DNA of 64,000 bases from Anaerohalosphaeraceae bacterium (GTDB taxonomy: Bacteria; Planctomycetota; Phycisphaerae; Sedimentisphaerales; Anaerohalosphaeraceae), in the NCBI GenBank assembly GCA_963675525.2, contig CAXXSL010000016.1:512001-576000 (forward strand). The letters are read 5' to 3'. Numbering within the stretch: position 1 is the first letter of the stretch; every line of letters begins with the position of its first letter. Both the position numbers and the translations under genes were made by a program. A model generated the notes under the pieces. The model was given only the letters and a program-made list of their open reading frames with translations, had not been told where the DNA came from and did not search any database. Positions 32,206 to 41,616 of the stretch are shown here, in pieces.

Positions 32206-33888
32206 TTACTCCAACACCAAAACCGGTTCTGTAAAAATACACCAGTCGCATGAAATCGCACGTTCATAAAAGCCTTTTTTCGGATAATCAGGATCACTGC
32301 CATCAGTGCTTACCAGAGTGAGGAAGCGATCGGTACTTTTGATTTCTACTGCAACATCGTTCAGCACGCCTTTTTGCTTGTATTGTCGGAGCGAATATCG
32401 TACTTGACCATCAACCAGGACCCAGAAATCCGCGTTGCAGGAACAGTTTTCTTTCAAGTCAGCAATTCCAATTTGAGATGTAAATCGTATAATATCTCGC
32501 TTATAGCTGCGGCGCATAGCTTCAAGATCAAACGTCAGTCCATGATTAGCGTGCATAACAATACAGGACTTGCCGCTTTCATCAGTATATTCCTGTCCGT
32601 CGAACCGTATCGTCCCCGTTCCTCGATGTTCCGTCTTAAATATCTCCGGTCTTGGGTTGGCTAACAGGTCCATACTATATACACCGCTCGTATCCGGACA
32701 TTCCTCAAATACATCGCCGCGGCTGCTGACAATTTGCGGCGTATCCCCATCCGGTATAAAAATACCATCAATAAAGGGGTGATTTGATATAGGTAAATAG
32801 CCTTTGACAACACGAAAAGCGCCATGCCAGACTTCTGTGAATCCCTCCACGGGATCCAGGCGTACCTTAGAGTTTCCAGTTCCCAGCCCGTTACCGGCTC
32901 TGACCATATCTGCCAGATCAAGCGAAGGCTGTTTTCTCCAAACAACATTGCTCTGTGAATCGAAAGCTCGAACAAAATGTATTTCATTGCAGGAGATATC
33001 TGAAACCGTCTGAGTATCACCGGAAATCCTTTTGGCAACTCCCTTGCCGACTTCCACAGTGACCTTATTGGCCTTCTCTCCGGCCATCAGCATGGTCTTA
33101 CCTTTAAGGACATGCAGTTTCGTGTCCCCATGTGATTCAGCCTGCACACCAAACTCCGTCCCCATATCGATAATCTTGGCATTTTGCGTATAAACAGAAA
33201 ACCCGATCGCTTCTTTCGGGACCGTCGCATACACTTTACCGTAATTGAGGCCAATCCGGTCTTCAGCAAGAATCTGAAATTCTGCCGGGCCCTCAATCGT
33301 CACACTGGCGTTATTATCAAAAATCAACTCAGCGAAACCTTTCCTTAGTAACAAGGGGGTGCTGTCTACATGAAAACGTGTCCCGTTTTGCATGGAATCC
33401 CCCACGTCCGCCCACTTTGCATTGAGACTGTCTGCCAGCGTCACAACCTCAACCCCTTCTGGAGGAACAAATTGTAATAACAGCAATAAGAGAAGTACCG
33501 CGGCGGCATTAAAAATCATGAAAATGCTGAATTTACTTATGCTGCGTTTCTCTCTTGAAGGATAGACAACCTTGCGGATTAATTCAGGCTGCGGCTGTTC
33601 CTGAGGAACTTCAATCACTGGAGCTGTTTTTTCTTCGTAAGCAAGTTGACTCCATAACTCCTGGTCAAATAACGTATCGTATTCATGTAAATTGGCAGCC
33701 GGAATCTTAACGTTCAAGCGTTCTACACCAACAGTAAGATGTATATACTCACAGTAATGCCGACGAACGGCAGGATTGTGAATAATCAAATCGTGTAACC
33801 GCTGAGATTGCTCTGGTGAAATTGAGTTATCCAATGCCAACTCAATCAATTCGTTTATTTCACGTAACTCTTTACTGGGTATGTTCAC
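32206..33888 (-). CDS. FecR-like anti-sigma factor with C-terminal NPCBM/NEW2-like domain
   Basis: TM segment, IIDMGTEFGV, MHANHGLTFDL, FWVLVDG, DRFLTLVSTDG; overlaps the sigma stop. Confidence 0.88.
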   Translation of the reverse strand: MNIPSKELREINELIELALDNSISPEQSQRLHDLIIHNPAVRRHYCEYIHLTVGVERLNVKIPAANLHEYDTLFDQELWSQLAYEEKTAPVIEVPQEQPQPELIRKVVYPSREKRSISKFSIFMIFNAAAVLLLLLLLQFVPPEGVEVVTLADSLNAKWADVGDSMQNGTRFHVDSTPLLLRKGFAELIFDNNASVTIEGPAEFQILAEDRIGLNYGKVYATVPKEAIGFSVYTQNAKIIDMGTEFGVQAESHGDTKLHVLKGKTMLMAGEKANKVTVEVGKGVAKRISGDTQTVSDISCNEIHFVRAFDSQSNVVWRKQPSLDLADMVRAGNGLGTGNSKVRLDPVEGFTEVWHGAFRVVKGYLPISNHPFIDGIFIPDGDTPQIVSSRGDVFEECPDTSGVYSMDLLANPRPEIFKTEHRGTGTIRFDGQEYTDESGKSCIVMHANHGLTFDLEAMRRSYKRDIIRFTSQIGIADLKENCSCNADFWVLVDGQVRYSLRQYKQKGVLNDVAVEIKSTDRFLTLVSTDGSDPDYPKKGFYERAISCDWCIFTEPVLVLE

Positions 33889-34412
33889 AATACTTCTCCA
33901 GTAGCGATGGTTCGCCGAATACAGTTAAGCAGAAAACTTTTTATACGTGAAAGGTTTTTATAGGCAACGTTTACCGATGTTCCTATTTCACCCGCAAGTT
34001 CCTTAACGGATATACTTTTCTCGAATCGTTTTTTCATGAATTTCAAATCATTGAGAGAAAGTTTTTTCATACATTCTTCCAATGCATCATATCGAACGTC
34101 CATCTCTTCCGATAACTTCTGATTTTCTGACTCTATGAGTTCAATTGCTTTTTCGCTGAAATGAATCCTGGAACGTTTTTGCTTCTTGCGATGTGTCAAT
34201 ACATGATATTTTGATATAGTGAAGGCCCATGAAAGAAAATTCGTTCCTTTCTTGAAATCATTAAAATGTTCCCACATGTAAGTAATTGCAGACTGCAGGA
34301 TATCCTCTGCGTCCGTTTTATTGGGCACAAATGTAAGAATAAAACCGTGAATTTTATAGTAATTCGGGGTCAATAATTCCACAAATTCAGAATTTTGACT
34401 CTTTTCGTTCAT
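33885..34412 (-). CDS. ECF RNA polymerase sigma-70 factor
   Basis: DAEDILQ, FLSWAFTISKY, AYKNLSRIK; paralog of 19218-19742. Confidence 0.9.
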   Translation of the reverse strand: MNEKSQNSEFVELLTPNYYKIHGFILTFVPNKTDAEDILQSAITYMWEHFNDFKKGTNFLSWAFTISKYHVLTHRKKQKRSRIHFSEKAIELIESENQKLSEEMDVRYDALEECMKKLSLNDLKFMKKRFEKSISVKELAGEIGTSVNVAYKNLSRIKSFLLNCIRRTIATGEVL

Positions 34413-34701
34413 ATTTGGCCACCTAGTCATAACTATTTACTATATTCGTGTTTATCGGATTAATGAGTGAACAACGTTCGCCATTTTCCTCAATAAAACA
34501 AAGGCGCAATTTAATACTTTTTTGCCATTTTTTTTCGGATTCTTCAAAAAAACTGTTTTATGGCAGCAGAAGTGGCATATGGTAGCATAGCTAATCATAT
34601 AACATCTGTTAATCCCATGGCTAACCGCTTATAAGGGGGTGGGGTAGGGAGAAGCATTACCCCCTTTGTGTGATAGGAGTCCCATCGCCGTTAAAACTAA
34701 G

Positions 34702-34772
34702 CTGATTTTACGAATTCTGGATATACATCTCTTTTTCTTGCAGTTTAAGATTGTTTTGGTATAATACTATCA
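34702..34772 (+). promoter_or_regulatory. Sigma-70-type promoter block, homologous to 21786-21858
   Basis: TTGCAG-16-TATAAT with extended TG. Confidence 0.7.
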
Positions 34773-34834
34773 TCATTTCGAAAAGCCACCACCTGAGGAG
34801 GAATGATTGTACTTTGGAGATTAGGAGAGGAACC

Positions 34835-35812
34835 ATGCAACGGACAATATTTCTGGCACTTAGTATTGTTTTTGGGGTAACAAGCATTTTGCACGCAAAC
34901 CCAGCAGATATTTCCCCCAACAACAAAGTTGATTTGGGTGATTTTGCTGTCTTCGCTGCTGCCTGGCTTAGTGATGACAGCCCAACCCCCAACTGGAATC
35001 CTGCTTGTGATATATCAGATCCGAACGATGGGATCATCGACGAACTTGACCTTGCCATACTTGCTGCCAATTGGCTGTGGACTCCACTTGATGACATAGT
35101 GTGGGTTGCTATCAACAATGACCCCGGTGTTTCCGGCCACGAAGGTTTTAACGGTTATATGAGCAAATACGAGACAACCAATGCTCAGTATTGCCAGTAT
35201 CTCAATGCGGCTATGGCAGATGGTCAGATTATTATTTACAATGATGATGTTCACGCTGCAAGTGATACCAGTCATAGCCAAATATACCTTGAGCTTTACC
35301 CAGGGTCGAGTCCATACAGCCAGATAACTTTTAACGGCACCACGTTTAGTGTTCGAACTCGCAAGGATACGAGTAATAATGATATTGATATGAGCAATCA
35401 TCCTGTTGTTATGGTAAGCTGGTATGGAGCTACTGCGTTCTGCAACTATTACGGCTATAGACTTCCCACTGAATGGGAGTGGCAGGCAGTCGCTGACTAT
35501 GACGGCAGCTATACTTACGGCTGTGGAACAACGATAGACCATAGCAAGGCCAATTATGACTATGCCAACCCGCTTAATCTTTCCAGTCAGCCTTATACGA
35601 GTCCTGTAGACTATTTCGATTCTTACGGCTATGGCATGAATGACATGGCTGGAAATTCATGGGAGTGGACAAGCTCTATCTTCAGTAGCAGCTATCGCGT
35701 TCTCCGCGGCGGCGGCTGGTACAGCTACGACCACAACTGTACCGTCTCGTACTGGAACAACAACCTCCCGAACGTTACCACCAACTACATAGGTTTTCGG
35801 GTCTGTCGTTGA
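34835..35812 (+). CDS. Secreted FGE-sulfatase (C-type lectin fold) domain protein with N-terminal dockerin-like pair; candidate DGR target
   Basis: MSKYETTNAQY, HPVVMVSW, RLPTEWEW, DMAGNSWEW, RVLRGGGW, GFRVCR. Confidence 0.9.
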   Translation: MQRTIFLALSIVFGVTSILHANPADISPNNKVDLGDFAVFAAAWLSDDSPTPNWNPACDISDPNDGIIDELDLAILAANWLWTPLDDIVWVAINNDPGVSGHEGFNGYMSKYETTNAQYCQYLNAAMADGQIIIYNDDVHAASDTSHSQIYLELYPGSSPYSQITFNGTTFSVRTRKDTSNNDIDMSNHPVVMVSWYGATAFCNYYGYRLPTEWEWQAVADYDGSYTYGCGTTIDHSKANYDYANPLNLSSQPYTSPVDYFDSYGYGMNDMAGNSWEWTSSIFSSSYRVLRGGGWYSYDHNCTVSYWNNNLPNVTTNYIGFRVCR

Positions 35813-35852
35813 GTCTTCCCCAGCGTAGATTTTTTTACCCTTTGCAGGGTAC

Positions 35853-35895
35853 AGCATTCACAGGCCGGGAGTTCAATCGCTTCCGGCTTTTTTTT
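35853..35895 (+). terminator. Repeated intrinsic terminator, copy 3
   Basis: AGCATTCACAGGCCGGGAGTTCAATCGCTTCCGGCTTTTTTTT. Confidence 0.85.
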
Positions 35896-35956
35896 GGCAT
35901 GCTCCCCGCCAAAAATGCTCCGAGGGCAGATTTTTCCCTACGGTACTCTCTGAAAC

Positions 35957-36199
35957 TCAACGACACACCCGGAATCCTATGCTAAGGTACAGGGTGTACG
36001 GGTAGTTTTGACTAACTAATGCGACCTTGCAGCCGGACCCACTTTGAGTCCAGTCACCACCGCGGATAATGCGATCACTGCTGGAAACAGAACTTGTCCA
36101 CTCTCCGACATTGCCCGCCATATCACACATCCCATACCCATATATCCCAAAGGACCCCACTGCGGTGGTCCCGTCCGGATGGAACGAAAAAGTATAGTT
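35957..36199 (-). pseudogene. 3' remnant of a second FGE-domain gene, truncated by an IS3 element
   Basis: GYGMCDMAGNVGEW...RIIRGGDW...IGFRVCR; similarity stops at the IS end at 36200. Confidence 0.85.
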
Positions 36200-36470
36200 T
36201 GGTCTGCCCCTGTTTTTCGTACCAGTTGTCATGAGAGTATATCACACGTAGTCTCCCTGTCTTGAGGAAGGCGGAGCGTAGCGGAGCCTTGCTCAAGACA
36301 CATCGTCGCGAACGCCGCCGGAGCCATATAATCCAGGCTGCTGTGCGGCCGGTAATGATTATAATTCATCCGCCAGCGATCCGCAACATATCTTAATTCG
36401 TCAATATGTAAAAACAATTCTCGATTTAACAGCTCGTCCCTGAACTTACTGTTGAATGACTCTACATAGT
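36200..36470 (-). mobile_element. IS3-family remnant (transposase C-terminus and right end)
   Basis: YVESFNSKFRDELLNRE...YNHYRPHSSL; terminal ...ACTGGTACGAAAAACAGGGGCAGACCA ending in CA. Confidence 0.85.
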
Positions 36471-36916
36471 TACCTTTGAAAGAGGACGTTGCTCAGTTAC
36501 TCATCAATCTTCAAAACAGAAGACCAGCGGGTTATCCCTATGTTTTTGTTCCCCCAAAAAGATATGACCGCATCCAACTGACCAGAAAGGGACTTTCCAA
36601 GAGAAAAAAGAAAACGTGGTCAATCCAAGATGCAAATAATATCGTCATCAATGGATTTACTGATATGTTCAATGAAATCAGAGCTAAAGCAGGCATCAAG
36701 AAGGGAACATTCCATGACCTTCGCAGAACAGCGATTACAAATTGGTTCCATGAACTTAAGGATATTACTGAAGTAATGGAATTGGCAGGCCACAGCAAAT
36801 ACGAAACGACCCTTGAATACTATCTTGCTACCAAGGATGATTTGGTAAAAAGAGCCAGGAAAGCGACTACTCATAAGGTTAGTCAGGAATTGTTGGAAAG
36901 AAGTAAAGCAAAGTAG
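36470..36916 (+). pseudogene. C-terminal fragment of a tyrosine integrase next to tRNA-Asp
   Basis: FHDLRRT, LAGHS, TTLEYY; N-terminus missing, abuts the IS3 remnant. Confidence 0.85.
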
Positions 36917-37050
36917 GCAATTTAATCTCCTTTCTGGGGCTGTAAGATATCTCTCTTATAGCCCTATTTTTTTGCCCAAAATTAGTCAGCAGAAGAGTTC
37001 TCTTTTTGGTGCACTTTGGTGCACACCTTTTTAGGGAAAATGGGGGCAAC

Positions 37051-37089
37051 AAAAAAACCTCGTTCTTAGTATCAAAAACGAGGTTTTTT
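37051..37089 (-). terminator. Hairpin right after the tRNA 3' end
   Basis: AAAAAACCTCG / CGAGGTTTTTT inverted repeat. Confidence 0.7.
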
Positions 37090-37091
37090 AG

Positions 37092-37165
37092 CGAGGACGA
37101 AGGGACTCGAACCCTCAACCTTCGGATCGACAGTCCGATGCTCTAACCAATTGAGCTACGTCCCC
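37092..37165 (-). tRNA. tRNA-Asp (GTC), CCA not encoded
   Basis: GGGGACGTAGCTCAATTGGTTAGAGCATCGGACTGTCGATCCGAAGGTTGAGGGTTCGAGTCCCTTCGTCCTCG folds as a cloverleaf. Confidence 0.97.
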
Positions 37166-37306
37166 AGTTGAGGAAGTTGGGATTAAACAAAATTTACACC
37201 TATCTGTCAATGTATTTTTGCCACTAAACCCAAAAATCTTTACTTTCACACCTAAAAACAGGACTTTGGCGCCCGATTTCGAAACCCGCCGCGGGCATTA
37301 TTTCTC

Positions 37307-39697
37307 TTAGACCCCGGCCAGAGCCGCTTTCAATGCTTCCGGAGCCTTTGACACATACACAAACTTCATTCCGGATTTGGCCTCACGCGGCACATCAACC
37401 AGGTCTTTCTTGTTCCGTGCGGGAAGGATCACCGTTTTGATCCCCGCCTGTTTGGCCGCAAGAATCTTCTCTTTCAGCCCGCCGATCGGCAGCACCAGGC
37501 CCTTCAGCGTGATCTCCCCGGTCATCGCCACATCCGGACGAACCGGCGCATCCGTCAACAGCGAAACCAGCGACGTAAACATCGCCACCCCCGCACTCGG
37601 CCCGTCCTTGGGCACCGCTCCGGCGGGCACATGCACATGATAATCATATTTCGAAAACTGATCGCCGTCGATCTTCAGCGTATCCGCTGTCGCCTTGACG
37701 ACCGAGAATGCCGCCTGTGCGCTTTCCTTCATCACATCGCCGATCTGCCCGGTCAGCAAAAGCTGGCCCTTGCCCGGCATTCTGGCCGACTCTACAAACA
37801 GGATCTCCCCGCCCGTAGGTGTATAGGCCAGACCGGTGACCACGCCCGGCATCGCCGTACGCAGCGCGATTTCGGACTCGAATTTTTCCGGCCCCAGTAC
37901 CTCCGCCAGTGTCTTGCGATAGATCGTCGCCTTGCGCCGCTTTTTCTCGGCGATCTGCGTAGCAATATACCGGCACACCGATCCAATCGTCCGTTCCAGA
38001 TTCCGCACACCCGCCTCGCGGGTGTAACTATTGATGATCTCAACGATCGCCTCATCCCGGAACACCAGTTGTGTCGGTTTCAGTCCATGCTCTTTAATCT
38101 GCCGCTTCACCAGATATTTTTTGGCGATGTTCAATTTTTCCTTCTGCGTATATCCCGGCAAACGCAGCATCTCCATCCGGTCTATCAGTGCATAGGGGAT
38201 CGGCTCGGTATAATTGGCCGTCCCGATAAACATCACATCCGACAGATCGAACGGCTGATCGATATAATGATCCGTAAACGAATTATTCTGCTGCGGGTCC
38301 AGCACTTCCAGCAGCGCCGACGCCGGATCACCGCGAAAGTCCTGCCCGATCTTATCCATCTCATCCAGCATAAACACCGGATTGCGCGTGCCGCACTTGC
38401 GAAGCTCCTGAAGGATTCGCCCCGGCAGCGCGCCAATATACGTGCGCCGATGTCCGCGAATATCCGCCTCATCGCGAATCCCGCCCAGCGAAATCCGTAC
38501 AAACTTGCGTCCCATCGCTCGTGCGATCGATTGACCCAGACTGGTCTTGCCGACGCCCGGCGGCCCTACAAGGCACAGGATCGCACCCTTGCCTTGCGGA
38601 TTCAGTTTTCGCACCGCCAGAAACTCCAGTATCCGCCGCTTGATTTTATCGAGTCCGTAATGGTCCTTGTTCAGGATCCGGCGGGCCTTATCGATCTCGA
38701 TCCGGTCCTCACTGTAAATCGACCATGGCAATTCACACAGCCAGTCCAGGTATGTCCGGATCACGCTGTAATCCGGCGAGGCCGTGGGGATCTTGCTCAT
38801 GCGGTCCATTTCACGCAGCGCCTCGACCTCGACCTTCTTGGGCATTTTCGCCGCCTTGATCGCCTCGTGCAATTCCCGCATCTCCTCGGTCCGACGGTCG
38901 TCCTGCCCCAATTCCTCCTGGATCGCCTTCAGCTCTTCCTGCAGAAAATATTCCCGCTGGCTCTTGTCGATCGAGTCGCGCACCTGCCCCTGTATCTTAT
39001 GGCTCAGTTCGAGCACTTCCAGTTGACTGGCCAGCGCCAGTGAGATTACCTGCAGCCGCTTATAGGCATCCTGCTCCTCAAGCAGTTTCTGTTTTTCGGC
39101 AATACTGATATTCAGCGTCGCCGCCAGAAAATCCGCCAGCGCCGACGGATCCACAATATTCTCCAAAAGCAGCCCCGCTTCTTCCGGCACATTCGGACTC
39201 AGCGCGATCACGCGTCCGGCGGTGTTGCGAACATTGACCAGCAGCGCCTGCAGTTTTTTGGTATTGCGGACCTGCACCGGCAGCAGTTTGACTTTCGCTT
39301 TCAGGTAAGGTTCCGTCGCCGTAAACTTCACGATCTCAAAACGTGCAATGCCGTGCACCACGATATTCACTGAGCCGTGCGGCATCTGGATCACCTTCAG
39401 CACCGACGCTGCCGTACCCACACGATACATATCCGACGGCGACGGCGATTCGATCTCCGGATTCTTCTGAGCCACCAGACCGAACACCGTTTCCTTCGGC
39501 GCGATATCCGTAACCAGCTTCTTGCTGCGGTCACGCCCCACCGCCAGCGGCATCACCGTTCCCGGATACGCCACCGCGCTGCGGATCGGCAAAATCCCGA
39601 TCTCATCCGGCAATTTAAATGACTGCGGGTCACCATCACTATTGGGAGCCTTGTTATCCATCTCAGGGTCCAATTCGATCAGTTCCAATAAACGCAT
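37307..39697 (-). CDS. lon: Lon ATP-dependent protease
   Basis: GPPGVGKTS, MLDEMDK, PKDGPSAG, GGLKEK. Confidence 0.97.
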   Translation of the reverse strand: MRLLELIELDPEMDNKAPNSDGDPQSFKLPDEIGILPIRSAVAYPGTVMPLAVGRDRSKKLVTDIAPKETVFGLVAQKNPEIESPSPSDMYRVGTAASVLKVIQMPHGSVNIVVHGIARFEIVKFTATEPYLKAKVKLLPVQVRNTKKLQALLVNVRNTAGRVIALSPNVPEEAGLLLENIVDPSALADFLAATLNISIAEKQKLLEEQDAYKRLQVISLALASQLEVLELSHKIQGQVRDSIDKSQREYFLQEELKAIQEELGQDDRRTEEMRELHEAIKAAKMPKKVEVEALREMDRMSKIPTASPDYSVIRTYLDWLCELPWSIYSEDRIEIDKARRILNKDHYGLDKIKRRILEFLAVRKLNPQGKGAILCLVGPPGVGKTSLGQSIARAMGRKFVRISLGGIRDEADIRGHRRTYIGALPGRILQELRKCGTRNPVFMLDEMDKIGQDFRGDPASALLEVLDPQQNNSFTDHYIDQPFDLSDVMFIGTANYTEPIPYALIDRMEMLRLPGYTQKEKLNIAKKYLVKRQIKEHGLKPTQLVFRDEAIVEIINSYTREAGVRNLERTIGSVCRYIATQIAEKKRRKATIYRKTLAEVLGPEKFESEIALRTAMPGVVTGLAYTPTGGEILFVESARMPGKGQLLLTGQIGDVMKESAQAAFSVVKATADTLKIDGDQFSKYDYHVHVPAGAVPKDGPSAGVAMFTSLVSLLTDAPVRPDVAMTGEITLKGLVLPIGGLKEKILAAKQAGIKTVILPARNKKDLVDVPREAKSGMKFVYVSKAPEALKAALAGV

Positions 39698-39854
39698 AGA
39701 AAAAAGTCCCGTTTGCTAAAAACCCTCATTTCCAGTTGAAAAACGCTGCTGTGGGCAATCTTACCCGATTCCGGCCGCCTTGAAAAGGAAATACCCCATT
39801 GTTATTGTATATTGATTATTGTATATTGATTATTGCTTAAGTTGGAGAAAAACG

Positions 39855-40400
39855 ATGAGTCAAAACGTATTGGTTCCAATTGCTGACGGGTCCGAAGAGA
39901 TCGAAGCCGTAACGATCATCGATGTGCTGGTCCGGGCCGGGGCAAATGTCACGGTCGCATCCGTAGAAGCGGTCCAGATCACTGCCTCGCGCGGAGTCAA
40001 ACTCGTTGCCAACAAACGACTCACCGACTGCACGGGCGAGTCATTCGATCTGATCGCCCTGCCCGGCGGGATGCCGGGCGCTGAGCACCTGCGGGATTGC
40101 GCCCCGCTGATCGAAATGCTCAAGGCGCAAAGGGCCGCGGGAAAACTGTATGCCGCGATCTGCGCTTCGCCGGCCGTGGTGCTGGCTCCGCACGGATTGC
40201 TCGATGGGAAAAAGGCGACCGGCTATCCATCCCTGCAGGATAAATTGCCCGCGTTGGGCAATGGGCGGGTTGTCGTCGATGGCAACTGCATCACCAGCCA
40301 GGGTCCGGCAACAGCGATGGAATTCGCGGTAGAATTGGTACGTCACCTATTCGGCGACGAAAAAGCACAACAAATCGCCGGCGGGCTGCTGATGGAATAA
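39855..40400 (+). CDS. DJ-1/YajL/ThiJ family protein
   Basis: GSEEIEA, LPGGMPGA, AICASP, TSQGPATA. Confidence 0.92.
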   Translation: MSQNVLVPIADGSEEIEAVTIIDVLVRAGANVTVASVEAVQITASRGVKLVANKRLTDCTGESFDLIALPGGMPGAEHLRDCAPLIEMLKAQRAAGKLYAAICASPAVVLAPHGLLDGKKATGYPSLQDKLPALGNGRVVVDGNCITSQGPATAMEFAVELVRHLFGDEKAQQIAGGLLME

Positions 40401-40457
40401 GCTCAGAGCCGGGAGCGTCAGCGACCGGTTACTAAAGACTAAGGACTAAGGACTGAT

Positions 40458-40934
40458 TCAGTTCACTGCCACAATAAAATAGAACCGGTCATCGGCAAGT
40501 TTTCGAAAACACCCGGTTGCCAGGTCGCCGTCATCACAGGCGCTGTCGATTTCCAGCATGTAAGCATCGTCGCGGGTGTTGCCGGTGCCGTCAAAATGAA
40601 CCCCGAATGCGGATTTAACGCCGAACGAATCCAGCTCAAAATCCCAGACACCCCCGACAGGCGTGCCGTTGGTCCACATACTGTTCTGGATATAGGTCTC
40701 CATTCCGGCGGGCATCACACCGGAAGCGGCGTCCTCAAAATACGCCTCGGTAAGCATGTGGTGATATTCGGCAACTTCGTAAATTTTCTTCAGGTTTGTG
40801 ATAAAGGCTTTTTGAGCAGAATCGGAGGTACAGCCCGCATAAGCGGGAATGACGATCCCGGCCAGAACGCCGAGGATCACCACAACGATCAGCACTTCGA
40901 TCAGCGTAAACCCATTTTTCGGCTTCGTTTTCAT
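40458..40934 (-). CDS. Prepilin-type N-terminal cleavage/methylation protein (pseudopilin-like)
   Basis: KNGFTLIEVLIVVVILGVLA. Confidence 0.88.
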   Translation of the reverse strand: MKTKPKNGFTLIEVLIVVVILGVLAGIVIPAYAGCTSDSAQKAFITNLKKIYEVAEYHHMLTEAYFEDAASGVMPAGMETYIQNSMWTNGTPVGGVWDFELDSFGVKSAFGVHFDGTGNTRDDAYMLEIDSACDDGDLATGCFRKLADDRFYFIVAVN

Positions 40935-41027
40935 GTCATTATCCTCGTTTTTAACGAAAAAACGCCCCTTTACACTAAAATATAACAAATAACACACCCC
41001 GCCGGGGCAAAAATTTTTAACAATCCA

Positions 41028-41203
41028 CTTCGTCCATCCTCAATCCCAACCCATTCGTCAATCGTCATTCGTCATTCCCCAACCCCCAACCCCTTCGTCA
41101 ATCGTCAATCGTCATTCCTCAATCTCCTCCCCAAAGCCCGATAACCACTTACTGTTCACTGATAACTGGTTTCTGTTGCCCACTGCCTATTGCCTATTGC
41201 CTA
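41028..41203. repeat. Short tandem heptamer arrays; 41177-41203 is the left arm of a 27-bp inverted repeat
   Basis: TCGTCAA/TCGTCAT and CCCCAAC units; TGCCCACTGCCTATTGCCTATTGCCTA. Confidence 0.8.
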
Positions 41204-41282
41204 CAAAAAAATAATGAGATTTATAGTCTGTTGATGCATTATCGATTTCCAACTTTATTAGCTTCAAGTCACGTTTGCTCTT

Positions 41283-41310
41283 TGTCATTCCCGCGAAGGC
41301 GGGAATCCAG
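41283..41310. repeat. REP/dRS3-like palindrome; related copies near 45825-45849 and 45897-45925
   Basis: TGTCATTCCCGCGAAGGCGGGAATCCAG. Confidence 0.75.
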
Positions 41311-41348
41311 CAATGTAGATATGGTTTACGAAAGAGCAATAATAAGAT

Positions 41349-41588
41349 ATGTATAAATTTATCACACTCTCACTCTCACATAGGGATGTCGGACAAATTC
41401 TCGACGGCCTCGAACAACGCCGAATCATCTGGCAGGCGACCGCAGAATGGCTGATGTATGATTACTCAGAATTATCCGACTACATCGAGGAATGCTCTGA
41501 CCCTCTTGAAGCTCAAGCCATTGCGGATTATTATCAATACATCATCAATACTGTAAAAAATCAAAGAGACTGCCAACTTAACTGCTAA
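41349..41588 (+). CDS. Hypothetical protein
   Basis: 79-aa ORF with plausible composition. Confidence 0.55.
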   Translation: MYKFITLSLSHRDVGQILDGLEQRRIIWQATAEWLMYDYSELSDYIEECSDPLEAQAIADYYQYIINTVKNQRDCQLNC

Positions 41589-41616
41589 TGTTAATTCCAT
41601 TCTATAAGGATATTTT

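Noticed and set aside
22425..35895. Repeated hairpin as integron attC sites
   Set aside because: GC stem plus T-run fits a terminator; no RYYYAAC/GTTRRRY ends and no integron integrase seen
35957..36110. Second FGE 3' end as the DGR template repeat for 35696-35812
   Set aside because: Differences are not confined to adenines and it is not AAC-rich; it is a truncated paralog
21200..37090. Intact prophage
   Set aside because: No capsid, portal, large terminase or tail genes; only fragments
37631..39043. 470-aa plus-strand ORF (and 56125-57081)
   Set aside because: Antisense shadows of lon and Hsp70
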